NCBI GenBank assembly: GCA_963767195.1
Contig: CAVYDA010000003.1
Span: 254,276-318,275, forward strand
DNA length: 64,000 nt
Origin: an uncultured Acidimicrobiaceae bacterium
Lineage (GTDB): Bacteria; Actinomycetota; Acidimicrobiia; Acidimicrobiales; RAAP-2
Direction of reading: 5' to 3'
Shown here in pieces: positions 21,647 through 31,733 of the stretch. A program made the translations under genes and the position numbers. The stretch's first letter is position 1. Each line of letters begins with the position of its first letter. Below the pieces are notes generated by a model. It saw nothing but the letters and a program-made list of their open reading frames with translations, was not told the origin of the DNA and searched no databases.

Positions 21647-24340
21647 ATGGCCACGCTTGAAGGGCCTGGCGCAACCGGTCCGCTCATCGGGCGGAGCGCT
21701 CGAACGGGATGCCATCGCCGAACGTATTGACGACTCGGCGTCGGCGCATCCCCGAGTGGTGTGGGTGGAGGGCGACGCCGGGATGGGCAAGACCGCACTG
21801 GTCCGCGACGTCGTGGCTCATCTCCCCGCCGGGATGCAGGCGGCCCATGCCCAGGCAGACGAGCTGGCCCGCAACCGACCCTTCGAACTCGCCCGTCAGC
21901 TCGGGTCCACGTCGGCAGAGAGCTTCGCTGCGGGTTTGGAGATTCTCGATGCCTGGTCCCGGCGACAGGATGACGGGGTGGTCGTGGTCGTCGTCGAGGA
22001 CCTGCACTGGGCCGACAGCTCGTCGTCGAAGGCGTTGCTCTCGGCCGTGCAGCGGCTCGACGAGGATCGAGTGGTCGTGATCGTCACGACGAGACCTGGA
22101 CCGCAGGACGGGTGGGAGCGTCTCCGATCTGATCCCGAGCGATGCCTCCCTCTCACCGTGGCTCCCTTCGACGTCGACGAGGTCGGGCTGCTGGCATCGT
22201 CCGCCGGGATCGATCTGACCCCGCTCCAGGCGGAACGGCTTCGCTCCCACACGGGGGGTCACCCCTGTACCTACGCACCCTGCTGAGCCGAGCTCAGCCA
22301 TGCGGATCTCCAGCGGCCGACTGGCGACCTTCCGGCGCCGAGGTCGCTGACGTCGGCCGTCACGGCGCGCCTGTCTGAGGCACCAGAGTCCGCTCGAGCC
22401 CTGGCTGCTGCCATGGCTGTCATCAACCAACGCGTCCCGCTCATGGTCGCCGGTCGGGTTGCCGGAATCGGTTCCCCGGTCGTGCCGTTCGAGGAGCTTT
22501 TGGGCACCGGTTTCGTCCGTTGGGACCCACAGGAGCCCGGTTCTCCCGTGGAGTTCGTCCATCCTCTCTACCGCCAGGCGGTCTACGACGATCTCTCACC
22601 GAGCGGCCGCCGTGACCTTCACCGCGCCGCCGCCGCGGGCCACCAACTCGGAACGGGCGCTTGCCCATCGGGTGGCCGCCGCGGACGGGGCAGACGAGGT
22701 GCTGGCGGTCGAGCTCGAGACGAAAGCGCGGCATGAGTTAGAGGAGGGGGAAAAGATCGAGGCCGGGCGAACCTTCCAGTGGGCCTCGTCGCTCAGCGCC
22801 GATTCTTCGGAGGCGCAGCGTCGGCTGGTGGATGCCGGTTTGGCCTATGTCAATGGTGGGCAGCTGGGCCGCGCCCAAGCCCTTCGATCCGACATCGAGT
22901 CGTTCGAGGACGGGCCGGCCCGCAGCCTGGTGTTGGGGTTGCTCGAGTGGGACCAGGGTCACGCAGAGGACGCCCGGCGGTGGCTCGAGCGAGTTGTCGA
23001 CGAGGTGGACTCGGACGATATTGAGGCGCGGGCCATGACGGCGCGGGCGTGGGCCGAGCTGGCGGAGATCCACATCACCCTGGGCCAGGGACCGGCAGCA
23101 AGCTCGGGCCGCCGCTCAGGCACTCGCGCTGTCATCTGCGAACACCTCGGCCGAGCGGCTTGCCAACATCCACGCCGCCTTGGCCGAAGGACACTTGCGC
23201 GGGGCGGCGTTGGGATTGGTTCGCCTGCGCCGTCGGCTCCCGCAACCGGCCCAGGATGTGCCCGGCGTCGAGGTTGACGTGCTGGTTGTTCGGGCCACCC
23301 TTGCGCTGCTGGCAGGCCAGATCCGTGCGGGCCTCTCCGACCTGCGCGCCGTCGTCGCGCTCACCCAACGTGGCTTCATTCCAGTCGAGCTCGCCCGTAC
23401 CCACCGGCAGCTGGGCAGCGCATTGCTCACGACGGGGAGTGGGACGAAGCGCTCGTGCAAGCGCGGACTGGACTCGGAATCGCCGCCGATGATCATCGCG
23501 GCGTCGAGGAAGCGGCGTGCCACGGATTGATCGCTACGATCCTGGCCTACCGCGGCGACGCCGAACGCGCGGAGACGCACGTGGCCGCGGCGGCGGAGTC
23601 TGCCAGCGCGTCTCGGTGCCGTCGAAGGCATCGCGATGGCCCGGGTCGCCACGGCCGCCCTGGGCATGGCAAACGGTCAATCCGAGCGGGTCATCGAGGC
23701 CCTCGATCCCATGATCGCTGGGGCACCCATGCTGGCCGCGTTGACCTTCTGGCCATCCCAGGCCATGGCGCTGATCGAAACTGGCCAGGTTGAACGTGCC
23801 CAGTCCTCCGTCGATGGGCTCGAATCGGCGGCGACGACCCGGGGACTCGACATGGACGCCCGGCTCCTCGGGTTACGGGCCCGATTGGCCCGGGCCCGGG
23901 GCCAACTCGACCAAGCGGACGACTTGTTCAGCCGCGCGCTGGACGAGTTCGGCCCAGACGATCCCTTCCTCGAGAAGACTCTGTTGGCACATGCGCTCGG
24001 TCAGCTTCAACTAAATCGAGGTGAACGGAAGAAAGCGGTGACGACGCTCCATACCGCGCATCAGGCGTTGCTGTCTGTCCGCGCCCAACCATTCGCCGGC
24101 CGGGTTGAGTCCGATCTCACGCTCGCCGGCGTCCGCTCCCGCCGCAGCTCAGCCAGATCCGCCCTCGAGCTGACCGACCGTGAGCGTGACGTGGCCGTGC
24201 TCGTGGCGAAGGGGTATTCCAATCCTGAAGCGGCGTCGGAGCTCTACGTGAGCCGAAAGGCAATCGAGTATCACCTTCGGAACATCTACGGAAAGCTCGG
24301 CATTGCGTCGCGCCGAGAGCTGCGCGGCCTCGAACTCTAG
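21647..24340 (+). CDS. second large ATP-binding LuxR-family (LAL) regulator, about 7 apparent frameshifts
   Basis: The ATG at 21647 gives MATLEGPGATGPLIGRS, then ERDAIAERI. Walker A EGDAGMGKT, Walker B VVEDLHWAD, GGHP/LYLRTLLS/ELSHADL (C-run deletion near 22262, extra C near 22289), TPR-like region, and LuxR HTH LTDRERDVAVLVAKGYSNPEAASELYVSRKAIEYHLRNIYGKLG. Confidence 0.8.
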
Positions 24341-24345
24341 CCAAA

Positions 24346-24368
24346 GCGACTCGGACTTCATGAGTCGC
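24346..24368 (+). terminator. 7-bp-stem hairpin just after the LuxR regulator stop
   Basis: gcgactc / ggacttcat / gagtcgc begins 6 nt after the TAG at 24338-24340. There is no U tract. Confidence 0.3.
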
Positions 24369-24548
24369 ATCGTGGAATGCGCTTGTTCGATCCGAGTGCT
24401 ATCGAGCCGAGGCAAGGGACGTAGGATCAGTGTCGGTCAGTGATGGCACCCGAACCGAGGGTGTCGAGTGTTCTTTGCGGCCGGGAACAAGCGGGAGCCG
24501 AGTCAGACCGGTCAATGCAAGAGAGCAAGCAAGAGGAGGAGATCCAAG

Positions 24549-25736
24549 ATGGCCAAGATCCTGTGCGTGCTGTATCCCGACCCATTGGATGGCTACCCGC
24601 CCACGTACGCGCGAGATGACATTCCCGTGTTGGATCACTATCCCGACGGCACGACGCTACCCAGTCCTTCGGCCATTGACTTCACGCCTGGTGAGCTCCT
24701 CGGCTGCGTGTCTGGAGAATTGGGACTTCGCAAGTACCTCGAACGTGCCGGCCACACGCTGGTAGTCACGTCGGACAAGGAGGGGGAGGAATCCACCTTC
24801 GAGAACGAGTTGGTCGACGCCGACGTCGTGATCTCTCAACCGTTCTGGCCTGCCTACCTGACCGAGGAGCGGATCGCGAAGGCGTCAAATCTGAAACTCG
24901 CCATCACTGCAGGAATCGGCTCCGACCACGTGGACCTGAACGCCGCCATCGCGAAGGGGATCACCGTCGCGGAAGTGACCTGGTGCAACAGCATCAGCGT
25001 GTCCGAACACGCTGTCATGCAGATCCTCTCCCTGGTACGCAATTTCGTTCCTTCCCACGAATGGGCGGTGAATGGCGGCTGGAACATCGCTGATTGCGTA
25101 GAGCGTTCGTACGACCTGGAGGGGATGAACGTCGGCGTGCTCGCAGCAGGCCGAATCGGGTTGGCGGTGCTTCGTCGCCTGGCTCCATTCGACGTCCATC
25201 TGCACTACAGCGACAAACGCCAGCTGCCGGCAGAGATCGAGAAGGAGCTGGGTCTCAGGTTTCACCCCGACGCCAGATCCCTGGCCACGAGCGTCGATGT
25301 CCTGTCGATCCACAGCCCGCTGGTCCCCGAGACCTACCGACTCTTCGACGACGACCTCCTGGGTCAGATGAAGAGAGGCTCCTACATCGTGAACACGGCC
25401 CGTGGTGCGATCATGGACCGGGATGCAGTAGTTCGCGCACTTGAGTCCGGACAGCTGGCCGGATACGCCGGGGACGTGTGGTATCCGCAGCCACCGCCCG
25501 CTGATCATCCCTGGCGAAAAATGCCCTACAACGCCATGACCCCCCACACATCGGGTACATCGTTGTCAGCTCAGGCCCGATACGCCGCCGGGACTCGGGA
25601 GATCCTCGAGTCCTACTTCGGCGGGACACCGATTCGGGACGAGTACCTAATCGTGCGCGGGGGTGAACTGGCTGGCACCGGGGCCGTCTCGTACAGCGTC
25701 GGAGGGAAGGCCAGCCCGGGGAGCAGCGGACGGTAG
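24549..25736 (+). CDS. fdh: NAD-dependent formate dehydrogenase
   Basis: From recall, near-colinear with the known NAD-FDH sequence: MAKILCVLYPDPLDGYPPTYARDDIP, ISQPFWPAYLT, KLAITAGIGSDHVDL, AAGRIGLAVLRRL, IVNTARG, AGDVWYPQP, PHTSGTSLSAQARYAAGTREIL. A strong SD (GAGGAGGAG) is present. Confidence 0.92.
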   Translation: MAKILCVLYPDPLDGYPPTYARDDIPVLDHYPDGTTLPSPSAIDFTPGELLGCVSGELGLRKYLERAGHTLVVTSDKEGEESTFENELVDADVVISQPFWPAYLTEERIAKASNLKLAITAGIGSDHVDLNAAIAKGITVAEVTWCNSISVSEHAVMQILSLVRNFVPSHEWAVNGGWNIADCVERSYDLEGMNVGVLAAGRIGLAVLRRLAPFDVHLHYSDKRQLPAEIEKELGLRFHPDARSLATSVDVLSIHSPLVPETYRLFDDDLLGQMKRGSYIVNTARGAIMDRDAVVRALESGQLAGYAGDVWYPQPPPADHPWRKMPYNAMTPHTSGTSLSAQARYAAGTREILESYFGGTPIRDEYLIVRGGELAGTGAVSYSVGGKASPGSSGR

Positions 25737-25946
25737 AGACAACGATCGCCCTCCTGAGCGGAGACACTCGAAGCGCCATACGACGTCCGGCTGCTGGCGT
25801 GTGCCGGGCGGACACACGTTCCGATCCTCTGCAAGACGAATATGTTGCGGATAGAGCACCGAAGTGACGTCGGGAGCCATGACAAAGAGCACATCGTGCA
25901 GTTTGCGCCTTGAGGGCCATGCAGTGACACCCGTGTCGGGCACATC

Positions 25947-27320
25947 ATGATCCCGAGGCAGCTACCTTCCAGCCTGAATGAGGTACGCCCAGAGACCCAC
26001 CACCACGTCGTGATCATCGGCTGTGGTTTCGGCGGTCTCTTCGCCGCTCGTGCCCTAAAAGGGGCCCCGGTCTCAGTGACCATGCTTGATCGGAGGAACC
26101 ACCACCTCTTTCAGCCGTTGCTCTATCAGGTGGCCACCGGCATCCTTTCTGAAGGCCAGATCGCTCCACCGATCCGCGACGTGTTCCGCGAGTATCCAGA
26201 CACCCGCGTCGTACTGGCAGACGTGCAACGGATCGACATCGAGGCTCGCGTGGTGCACGCCGACGAGTTCGGACAGTCGATGGAGATCCCGTATGACAGC
26301 CTGATCGTGGCGTGCGGCGCGGAGCCCTCCTACTTCGGACATGAAGAGTTCCAGGCTCACGTGTGCACCATGAAATCGCTTGACGACGCTCTGACTCTGC
26401 GCGGTCGAATTTTCGGCGCGTTCGAGCTGGCCGAAGCGGCGACGGAGGAAGCGGAACGCCGTCGCTTCATGACCTTCGTCATCGTTGGTGGAGGCCCGAC
26501 CGGGGTGGAGATGGCCGGGCAGCTCCGCGAGCTCGCTCAGCGGGCGCTACGGCACAACTACCGGCGCATCGATCCCCGCGAGGCCCGAGTCGTCCTCATC
26601 GAGGGTGTTGATCATCTGGTCCAATCGATGGGGACCCATCTGTCTCGTCGGGTCGAACGGGAACTGCGTCAGATGGGCGTCGAGGTGCACCTCGGAGGGA
26701 TGGTCACGGACATCGACGAGCGTGGAGTGGTGGTCACGAAGTCAGACAACACGACCCAGCGAATCGACTCCGCTACGAAGGTGTGGGCGGCCGGAATGAA
26801 GGCGGCGGGAATCGGCGCCCAGCTGGCAGCGGGCGCCGGAGTGCAGCTCCACCCGTCCGGCCGGGTGGAGGTCGCACCCGACTGTTCGCTCCGAGGCCAT
26901 CCCGAAGTGTTCGTCGTAGGGGACCTCATGGGCCTCGGCGAGCTCCCGGGTGTGGCCGAAGTCGCCATCCAGTCCGGGGTCCATGCTGCACGCACCATTC
27001 GGCGCCGCTTGGACGGCAAAGGATCGCGGCCTTTCCGGTATCGAGACCTCGGCACGCTGGCCGTGGTCTCCCGTTTCAGCGCGGTCGCAAAGATCGGCTT
27101 CGTCGAGGTGGGTGGTTTCGTCGGATGGCTGCTCTGGTTGATGGTCCACCTGGTGTTCCTCACGGGCTTCAAGAACCGGTTCGGCGCCCTGGCTCGCTGG
27201 GCCGTCAGCTTCGTCGGACGCGGGCGGTACGAGAGGGCGTTGACAGGCCGCTGGACGGCCGGGACGGGTAGTGACCGCGGACCACGGATGGCGGAACGCG
27301 GATCCGGGTTGGATCAATAA
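25947..27320 (+). CDS. ndh: type II NADH dehydrogenase (NDH-2)
   Basis: VVIIGCGFGGLFAAR (first dinucleotide fold), HLFQPLLYQVATG, VIVGGGPTGVEMAGQL (second fold), VFVVGDL, and C-terminal hydrophobic helices. Confidence 0.88.
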   Translation: MIPRQLPSSLNEVRPETHHHVVIIGCGFGGLFAARALKGAPVSVTMLDRRNHHLFQPLLYQVATGILSEGQIAPPIRDVFREYPDTRVVLADVQRIDIEARVVHADEFGQSMEIPYDSLIVACGAEPSYFGHEEFQAHVCTMKSLDDALTLRGRIFGAFELAEAATEEAERRRFMTFVIVGGGPTGVEMAGQLRELAQRALRHNYRRIDPREARVVLIEGVDHLVQSMGTHLSRRVERELRQMGVEVHLGGMVTDIDERGVVVTKSDNTTQRIDSATKVWAAGMKAAGIGAQLAAGAGVQLHPSGRVEVAPDCSLRGHPEVFVVGDLMGLGELPGVAEVAIQSGVHAARTIRRRLDGKGSRPFRYRDLGTLAVVSRFSAVAKIGFVEVGGFVGWLLWLMVHLVFLTGFKNRFGALARWAVSFVGRGRYERALTGRWTAGTGSDRGPRMAERGSGLDQ

Positions 27321-27431
27321 GCGCAGCGGACTGAAGCCTGGTCGCCGACCGCGGCCCCCAGGTGCATCTCCCTTCGGACCGAACTCAAATCCATTCGCCC
27401 GGCCGGCAGTCCGGCGGCTCGCCTCCCGCGG

Positions 27432-27779
27432 CTATTGGTTCAGCTTCCGCTCCCAGTCAGAAGGGACACGACCTCTCGGGCCGGGCACCGGTTGATCAAG
27501 GGGATGATGCGTCGGCGGGGCGAGAGCTGGACCAGTCACGAAATCGTCGGTCCGGTAGTCATAGAACCAGTCCTCGCCGGGTTCGAAGCTCGCGATGACG
27601 GAGTGGTCTGATTCGTGTGCGTGCTTCGTCGCGTGTTGGGCGGGAGAGTTGTCGCAGCATCCGATGTGGCCACATTTCGCGCAACGTCGCAGGTGGAGCC
27701 ACCAACCGCTGGACCTCTCGCATTCGAGGCATCCCGTACCGGTTGGTGGGACCGTGGTATCGATGAGCTGATCAGACAC
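27432..27779 (-). CDS. UBP-type zinc-finger protein
   Basis: CLECERSSGWWLHLRRCAKCGHIGCCDNSPAQHATKHAHESDH matches the zf-UBP Cys/His pattern. Confidence 0.8.
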   Translation of the reverse strand: MSDQLIDTTVPPTGTGCLECERSSGWWLHLRRCAKCGHIGCCDNSPAQHATKHAHESDHSVIASFEPGEDWFYDYRTDDFVTGPALAPPTHHPLDQPVPGPRGRVPSDWERKLNQ

Positions 27780-27900
27780 GTACCCTCCTCATGGTGTGGA
27801 CCCATTTGACGATAGACCAGTATTTCTGGGCCCCCGAATCGAGTCGTCACCCACTGTTCGGCGACGATGCGGTCCCCCTCGGAACTTCAACTCGCGGCCG

Positions 27901-28539
27901 TCAAAACCCAAGCGCTTCCTGGACGAGGATCACGACAATCCGATCAGGTGTAACCGTGTGGTTGATGATCAAGATGTTGTTGACCCCGCTCGGGACGCCG
28001 TAGGCCTCTCGAGCCCGCTCGTCCTCGAGTGGCAGCGAGTACTCGACTATGCGCCGAATGCCGGTTTCGACGTCGGCGACGACCTTCTGACCGCCGATCA
28101 CGAAGATGACGTGTTCCGCTCCCGACACGATCGGGCCCAACTGGCTCCCACTGGCTGACGCAATGAGTAGTGATCCCCCCTCGGTGACGGCGTGCACGCT
28201 TCCGACGACATATTCAGGGGAAGCGGCAAGAGTTCGCATTTCGCGAATCTGCATCTCGCGATCCATTTGGAACAGACGTACTCGGAGCGGCTCGTAGCGC
28301 CCAGATCGCTCGATGTCATCCGCCACGCCGATTGATTCGAGCGTGCGTGAGGTGTTGTTGAAGACCTCGGCACCATAAGGAATCAGCGAGGCAACCGTGC
28401 TTCTCGCTTCGTCGCCCGAAGTGACGACGGAAGTCCGAATGCCGTTGTGCTCGAGGGCATCCGCTACCGCGGCGATGCGATCCGTCGAACTGACGTGGGC
28501 GAACTCGGCCACAGCGTGCTCCGTCAGGTCAGGGGACAT
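27901..28539 (-). CDS. LUD-domain (LutC/YkgG-like) protein
   Basis: 212 aa. LLIASASGSQLGPIVSGAEHVIFVIGGQKVV and the overall pattern are typical of the LUD/DUF162 family. Confidence 0.7.
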   Translation of the reverse strand: MSPDLTEHAVAEFAHVSSTDRIAAVADALEHNGIRTSVVTSGDEARSTVASLIPYGAEVFNNTSRTLESIGVADDIERSGRYEPLRVRLFQMDREMQIREMRTLAASPEYVVGSVHAVTEGGSLLIASASGSQLGPIVSGAEHVIFVIGGQKVVADVETGIRRIVEYSLPLEDERAREAYGVPSGVNNILIINHTVTPDRIVVILVQEALGF

Positions 28540-28551
28540 TCCCGTTCCGTC

Positions 28552-29925
28552 CTACTCACCCCCGACTTCCAGCAGCCTCTGGTGCACGAGAGCTACCGAC
28601 ATCGAACCCTCCCCGACGGCAGCGGCGCAGCGCTTGGTTGATCCTCGCCGGACGTCGCCGGCAGCGAAAAGTCCAGGGAGGTTCGTCTCGAGGGGGAGGG
28701 GAGGTCGAGGCATGTCCCGATCTCCTGGCGTTGGGGCGAACGACGTCAGTTCGCTTCCCGTTGGGACGAAGCCGGCGTCGTCGATCACCAGTCCGGTCCC
28801 GCCGACTGCGTCGGTTCGCGGCTCGCCCCCGATGCGGATGAACAAAGCGTCGGCGCGCACGGGCTGTGCCGTGTTGCTTTCTTGCGATGTGACGAGGACC
28901 TCGCGTAGGTGGCCGTCGGCTCTGACGCCGACTACCTGAGTACCTGTTCGCACGTCGACGTTGGGAATACCTGCGATCGCATCGCTGAGGTACTTCGACA
29001 TGGAAGCGCCGAGGTCTGGCCCACGTACGAGGAGCGTGACCCGGACCGCATAACGCGAGAACCGCACCACGGCCTGCCCCGCTGAGTTCCCTCCACCAAC
29101 GACGACGACATGCGCTCCCACACAGCCCAAGGCTTCGCTCGGTCCAGCTCCGTAATAGACCCCGGCACCCAGCAGCTCGTGGATTTCGGGGACTTCCAGA
29201 CGTCGCCACTCCACCCCGCTCGCCAGCAGAAGGGTCCGTCCGAGAACGCTCGTCCCATCGGACAGATGGGCTCCGTACCCCAGACCCTCTCTCGAAATGC
29301 CGACCAAGGGCCGAGCGAGGAGTATCTCCGCTCCGAATCGACGAGCCTGAGCCACAGCCCGGGTGGCCAACTCGCTTCCACTGATGCCGTTGGGAAATCC
29401 CAGGTAGTTCTCGATCATCGATGTCGTACCGGCCTGACCGCCGGGAGCTATGGCCTCGACGACCACGGTGCGCAGGCCCTCGGATGCCGCGTAGACAGCG
29501 GCGGCGAGACCGGTTGGGCCCGCACCCACAATGGTCAGGTCGTATTCGGAACGCGAGGGTCCCGAGACCATCCCGAGGCCGGCAGCAACCTGCTCGAGCG
29601 TCGCCGGGGAGAGCCGAGTTCCATCGGGGAGCACGCAGATCGGGAGCGAGCGTGCGTCAACCTCGGTGCTCCCGAGAGCCGCGCGCACTCTCTCTGAATC
29701 TGTGATGTCGATCCATTCGTACTGGCGGCTGTTCCGGCTGAGGAAGTCGCGGATCCGGTACGCCGCCGCCGACGTCCCCGAGTCCACCAGCAGAACCCCA
29801 GGAGTCGCGGGTCGAATTGTCGTAATCGAACAAAGACACGGTCGTAGGTTCCTGCGGACGCGAAGGTGCGGATTCCGGCTAGCGGTCTTCGAGCTGATCG
29901 GCGACGGCTGACATTGCGGCTGCAA
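28552..29925 (-). CDS. thioredoxin-reductase-like FAD-dependent oxidoreductase with N-terminal glutaredoxin-like domain (start uncertain)
   Basis: DLTIVGAGPTGLAAAVYAA (FAD fold), VVVVGGGNSAGQA (NAD(P) fold), GLFAAGDVR. There is no CxxC between the folds (ALGCVGAH). The N-terminal domain LLVDSGTSAAAYRIRDFL...LPICVLPDG looks Grx-fold without CPYC. The TTG at 29925 overlaps marR, so the real start is probably further downstream. Confidence 0.8.
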   Translation of the reverse strand: MQPQCQPSPISSKTASRNPHLRVRRNLRPCLCSITTIRPATPGVLLVDSGTSAAAYRIRDFLSRNSRQYEWIDITDSERVRAALGSTEVDARSLPICVLPDGTRLSPATLEQVAAGLGMVSGPSRSEYDLTIVGAGPTGLAAAVYAASEGLRTVVVEAIAPGGQAGTTSMIENYLGFPNGISGSELATRAVAQARRFGAEILLARPLVGISREGLGYGAHLSDGTSVLGRTLLLASGVEWRRLEVPEIHELLGAGVYYGAGPSEALGCVGAHVVVVGGGNSAGQAVVRFSRYAVRVTLLVRGPDLGASMSKYLSDAIAGIPNVDVRTGTQVVGVRADGHLREVLVTSQESNTAQPVRADALFIRIGGEPRTDAVGGTGLVIDDAGFVPTGSELTSFAPTPGDRDMPRPPLPLETNLPGLFAAGDVRRGSTKRCAAAVGEGSMSVALVHQRLLEVGGE

Positions 29926-30367
29926 CGCGCTTGATCTCGGTCGTGTCCATATGATCGAAGAATCTAGTGCGAACGCTGGACAGGTGGACCGGCCACGCTG
30001 CCCTCAACTTCGCCATACCACGGGGCGTCAATCTCGCTAGGTTTCCTCGAGCATCGGTGGAGCTGGCCACTTTCGTCACAAGAGAACGTGCTTGGAGATC
30101 ATCGACCAAGCGCGTCATCCGGCTGGCAGAAAGTCCGGTCGCATTGGCCAGGTCGCTCATCCGAAGCTCCCGATTTGGCGCCTCGGAAAGATGCATGATG
30201 GTGGTGTAGTCGCTCGCGCTCAAACCAGCACCGTGGATCAGGTCGGAGTCGAGGTTTCGAGGTAGAACCTTGACAATACGCATGATTGCGCGCCACAGGG
30301 CATCCTCCGCCGGAGAGAGAGGTTCGACCTTCGTCATCGGCTCAGAATAACTTGCTCCGTGAAGCAA
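29879..30367 (-). CDS. MarR-family transcriptional regulator
   Basis: Winged-helix region LSASDYTTIMHLSEAPNRELRMSDLANATGLSASRMTRLVDDLQARSLV..DARGNLARLTPRG. The start may be the ATG at 30337. Confidence 0.88.
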   Translation of the reverse strand: MLHGASYSEPMTKVEPLSPAEDALWRAIMRIVKVLPRNLDSDLIHGAGLSASDYTTIMHLSEAPNRELRMSDLANATGLSASRMTRLVDDLQARSLVTKVASSTDARGNLARLTPRGMAKLRAAWPVHLSSVRTRFFDHMDTTEIKRVAAAMSAVADQLEDR

Positions 30368-30523
30368 CCGCGGGACGGCTCTCCAAGAGCTTTCCAGTAA
30401 ACGACATCAGCAAAGCCGTCCTCGCGCCCGCCTGTTATCGCCGAAGTGCCGCGCTTGGAAAATCGGTACGAATGAAGACGTGGTCCTTCCATCGGTCTCC
30501 GACCTGGATCCCAGGTTGGCTGG

Positions 30524-31210
30524 TCATGACGTTGCTTGGAAGTCGTCGGGCTCGAGCGTGGCGGAGAAGAGATAGGACGTGGCGAGGCTGCGGAACGGGC
30601 GCCACTTCTCCGCGATCTCGAGGACCTCCTCCTGACTGGGCAGATGATCGAGGCGATAGGCACTGCGCATCGCCTTTCGCAAAGCGAGATCGCCCGGCAG
30701 TACGACGTCCTCTCGCCGCAGGGCGACGAGCAGCGCGCCTTGAGCGGTCCACGGCCCGATTCCGGGAACGGCCGTGAGTTTCGCGATGAACTCGTCGTCT
30801 GGGAGCTCTTTGAGACCTTCCATGTCCAATCGTCCATCCGAGAGCCGTTCAGCGAGGTCTCGGAGCGTGTTGACCTTGCGCCACGAAAGGCCTGCGGCTC
30901 GCAGGTCATCCGGCTCGACCGCTAACAACTCGCCAGGAGAAGGCAGGTGCCCACCAAAGAGCGAGGTGACGCGCTCAATGGTCCGTCTCGTCGCCGCCAC
31001 GGACAGCTGCTGTCCGGTGACCTGGAAGAGAAGCGATCCGAACAGGTCCATCGGCGGAAGCTCGTCCAGCCATGCGCGCGGATCGAAATCCGGGCGACGG
31101 TCGATGAGCTGTCCGATCACAGGATCCATTGTGCGGAGGTGTTTCTGGGCGCGCCGAAGCTGAATCCTCCGATTGTCGGAACTCGATGTTGGGGACTTAC
31201 TTGCTGACAC
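30524..31210 (-). CDS. DNA-3-methyladenine glycosylase II (AlkA-like, HhH-GPD)
   Basis: LFGSLLFQVTGQQLSVAAT, the HhH element LTAVPGIGPWTAQGALL, the catalytic-Asp context VLPGDLALRKA, and EKWRPFRSLATSYL. Confidence 0.8.
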   Translation of the reverse strand: MSASKSPTSSSDNRRIQLRRAQKHLRTMDPVIGQLIDRRPDFDPRAWLDELPPMDLFGSLLFQVTGQQLSVAATRRTIERVTSLFGGHLPSPGELLAVEPDDLRAAGLSWRKVNTLRDLAERLSDGRLDMEGLKELPDDEFIAKLTAVPGIGPWTAQGALLVALRREDVVLPGDLALRKAMRSAYRLDHLPSQEEVLEIAEKWRPFRSLATSYLFSATLEPDDFQATS

Positions 31211-31665
31211 CTTGGTGAACCCTCACGCGGCCTTGGCGTTCCAGCCTAACGGAGCGAGCGCATCGCTCCAGGCGAGTACGTCACCGATCACGGTGTCGAC
31301 GCCGGTCTTGATGCTCAGCGGGATCGAACTCGCTGAAGTTCTGGAAGTCGGCGAACAAAAGGCCACGTTAGTCCGTAAGTCGACCGTCTGGAGCGCCGGA
31401 GATCGACGCCGCCTCTTCACCGAATGCCCGACCCCATTGCCGCGGCGCTCGCGTCGGGGTTTCCGGGGAAATGCTGATGCGGGTCATGTAGGTCGCCTTG
31501 GTCTTGCGTATCTTTACCAACACCCATTGCGTCAGCAAGCAAAAGAAGGGTGTCTGCTCTCGGCGGGAGCACGTACCATCAAACCGGGCGATCCAGTGGG
31601 CGGATGACCCATCCCTATCGCGAGCCGTGGCACTGAGTAAGCCCCAAGGCTGAGATCGAACGATT

Positions 31666-31733
31666 CCTCCGACCTCCGACCTCCGACCTCCGACCTCCGA
31701 CCTCCGACCTCCGACCTCCGACCTCCGACCTCG
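31666..31733. repeat. heptanucleotide microsatellite (CCTCCGA) x9 plus a partial unit
   Basis: Nine perfect tandem units span 31666-31728, followed by cctcg. The repeat sits in a 760-bp gene-free spacer between divergent genes. Confidence 0.95.

Noticed and set aside
31666-31733. The heptamer arrays as a CRISPR array or as coding repeats.
   Set aside because: The unit is 7 nt with no spacers, so it is not CRISPR. The ORFs spanning the array (RRSEVGG repeats) have no start context or neighbours and are artefacts of the repeat.
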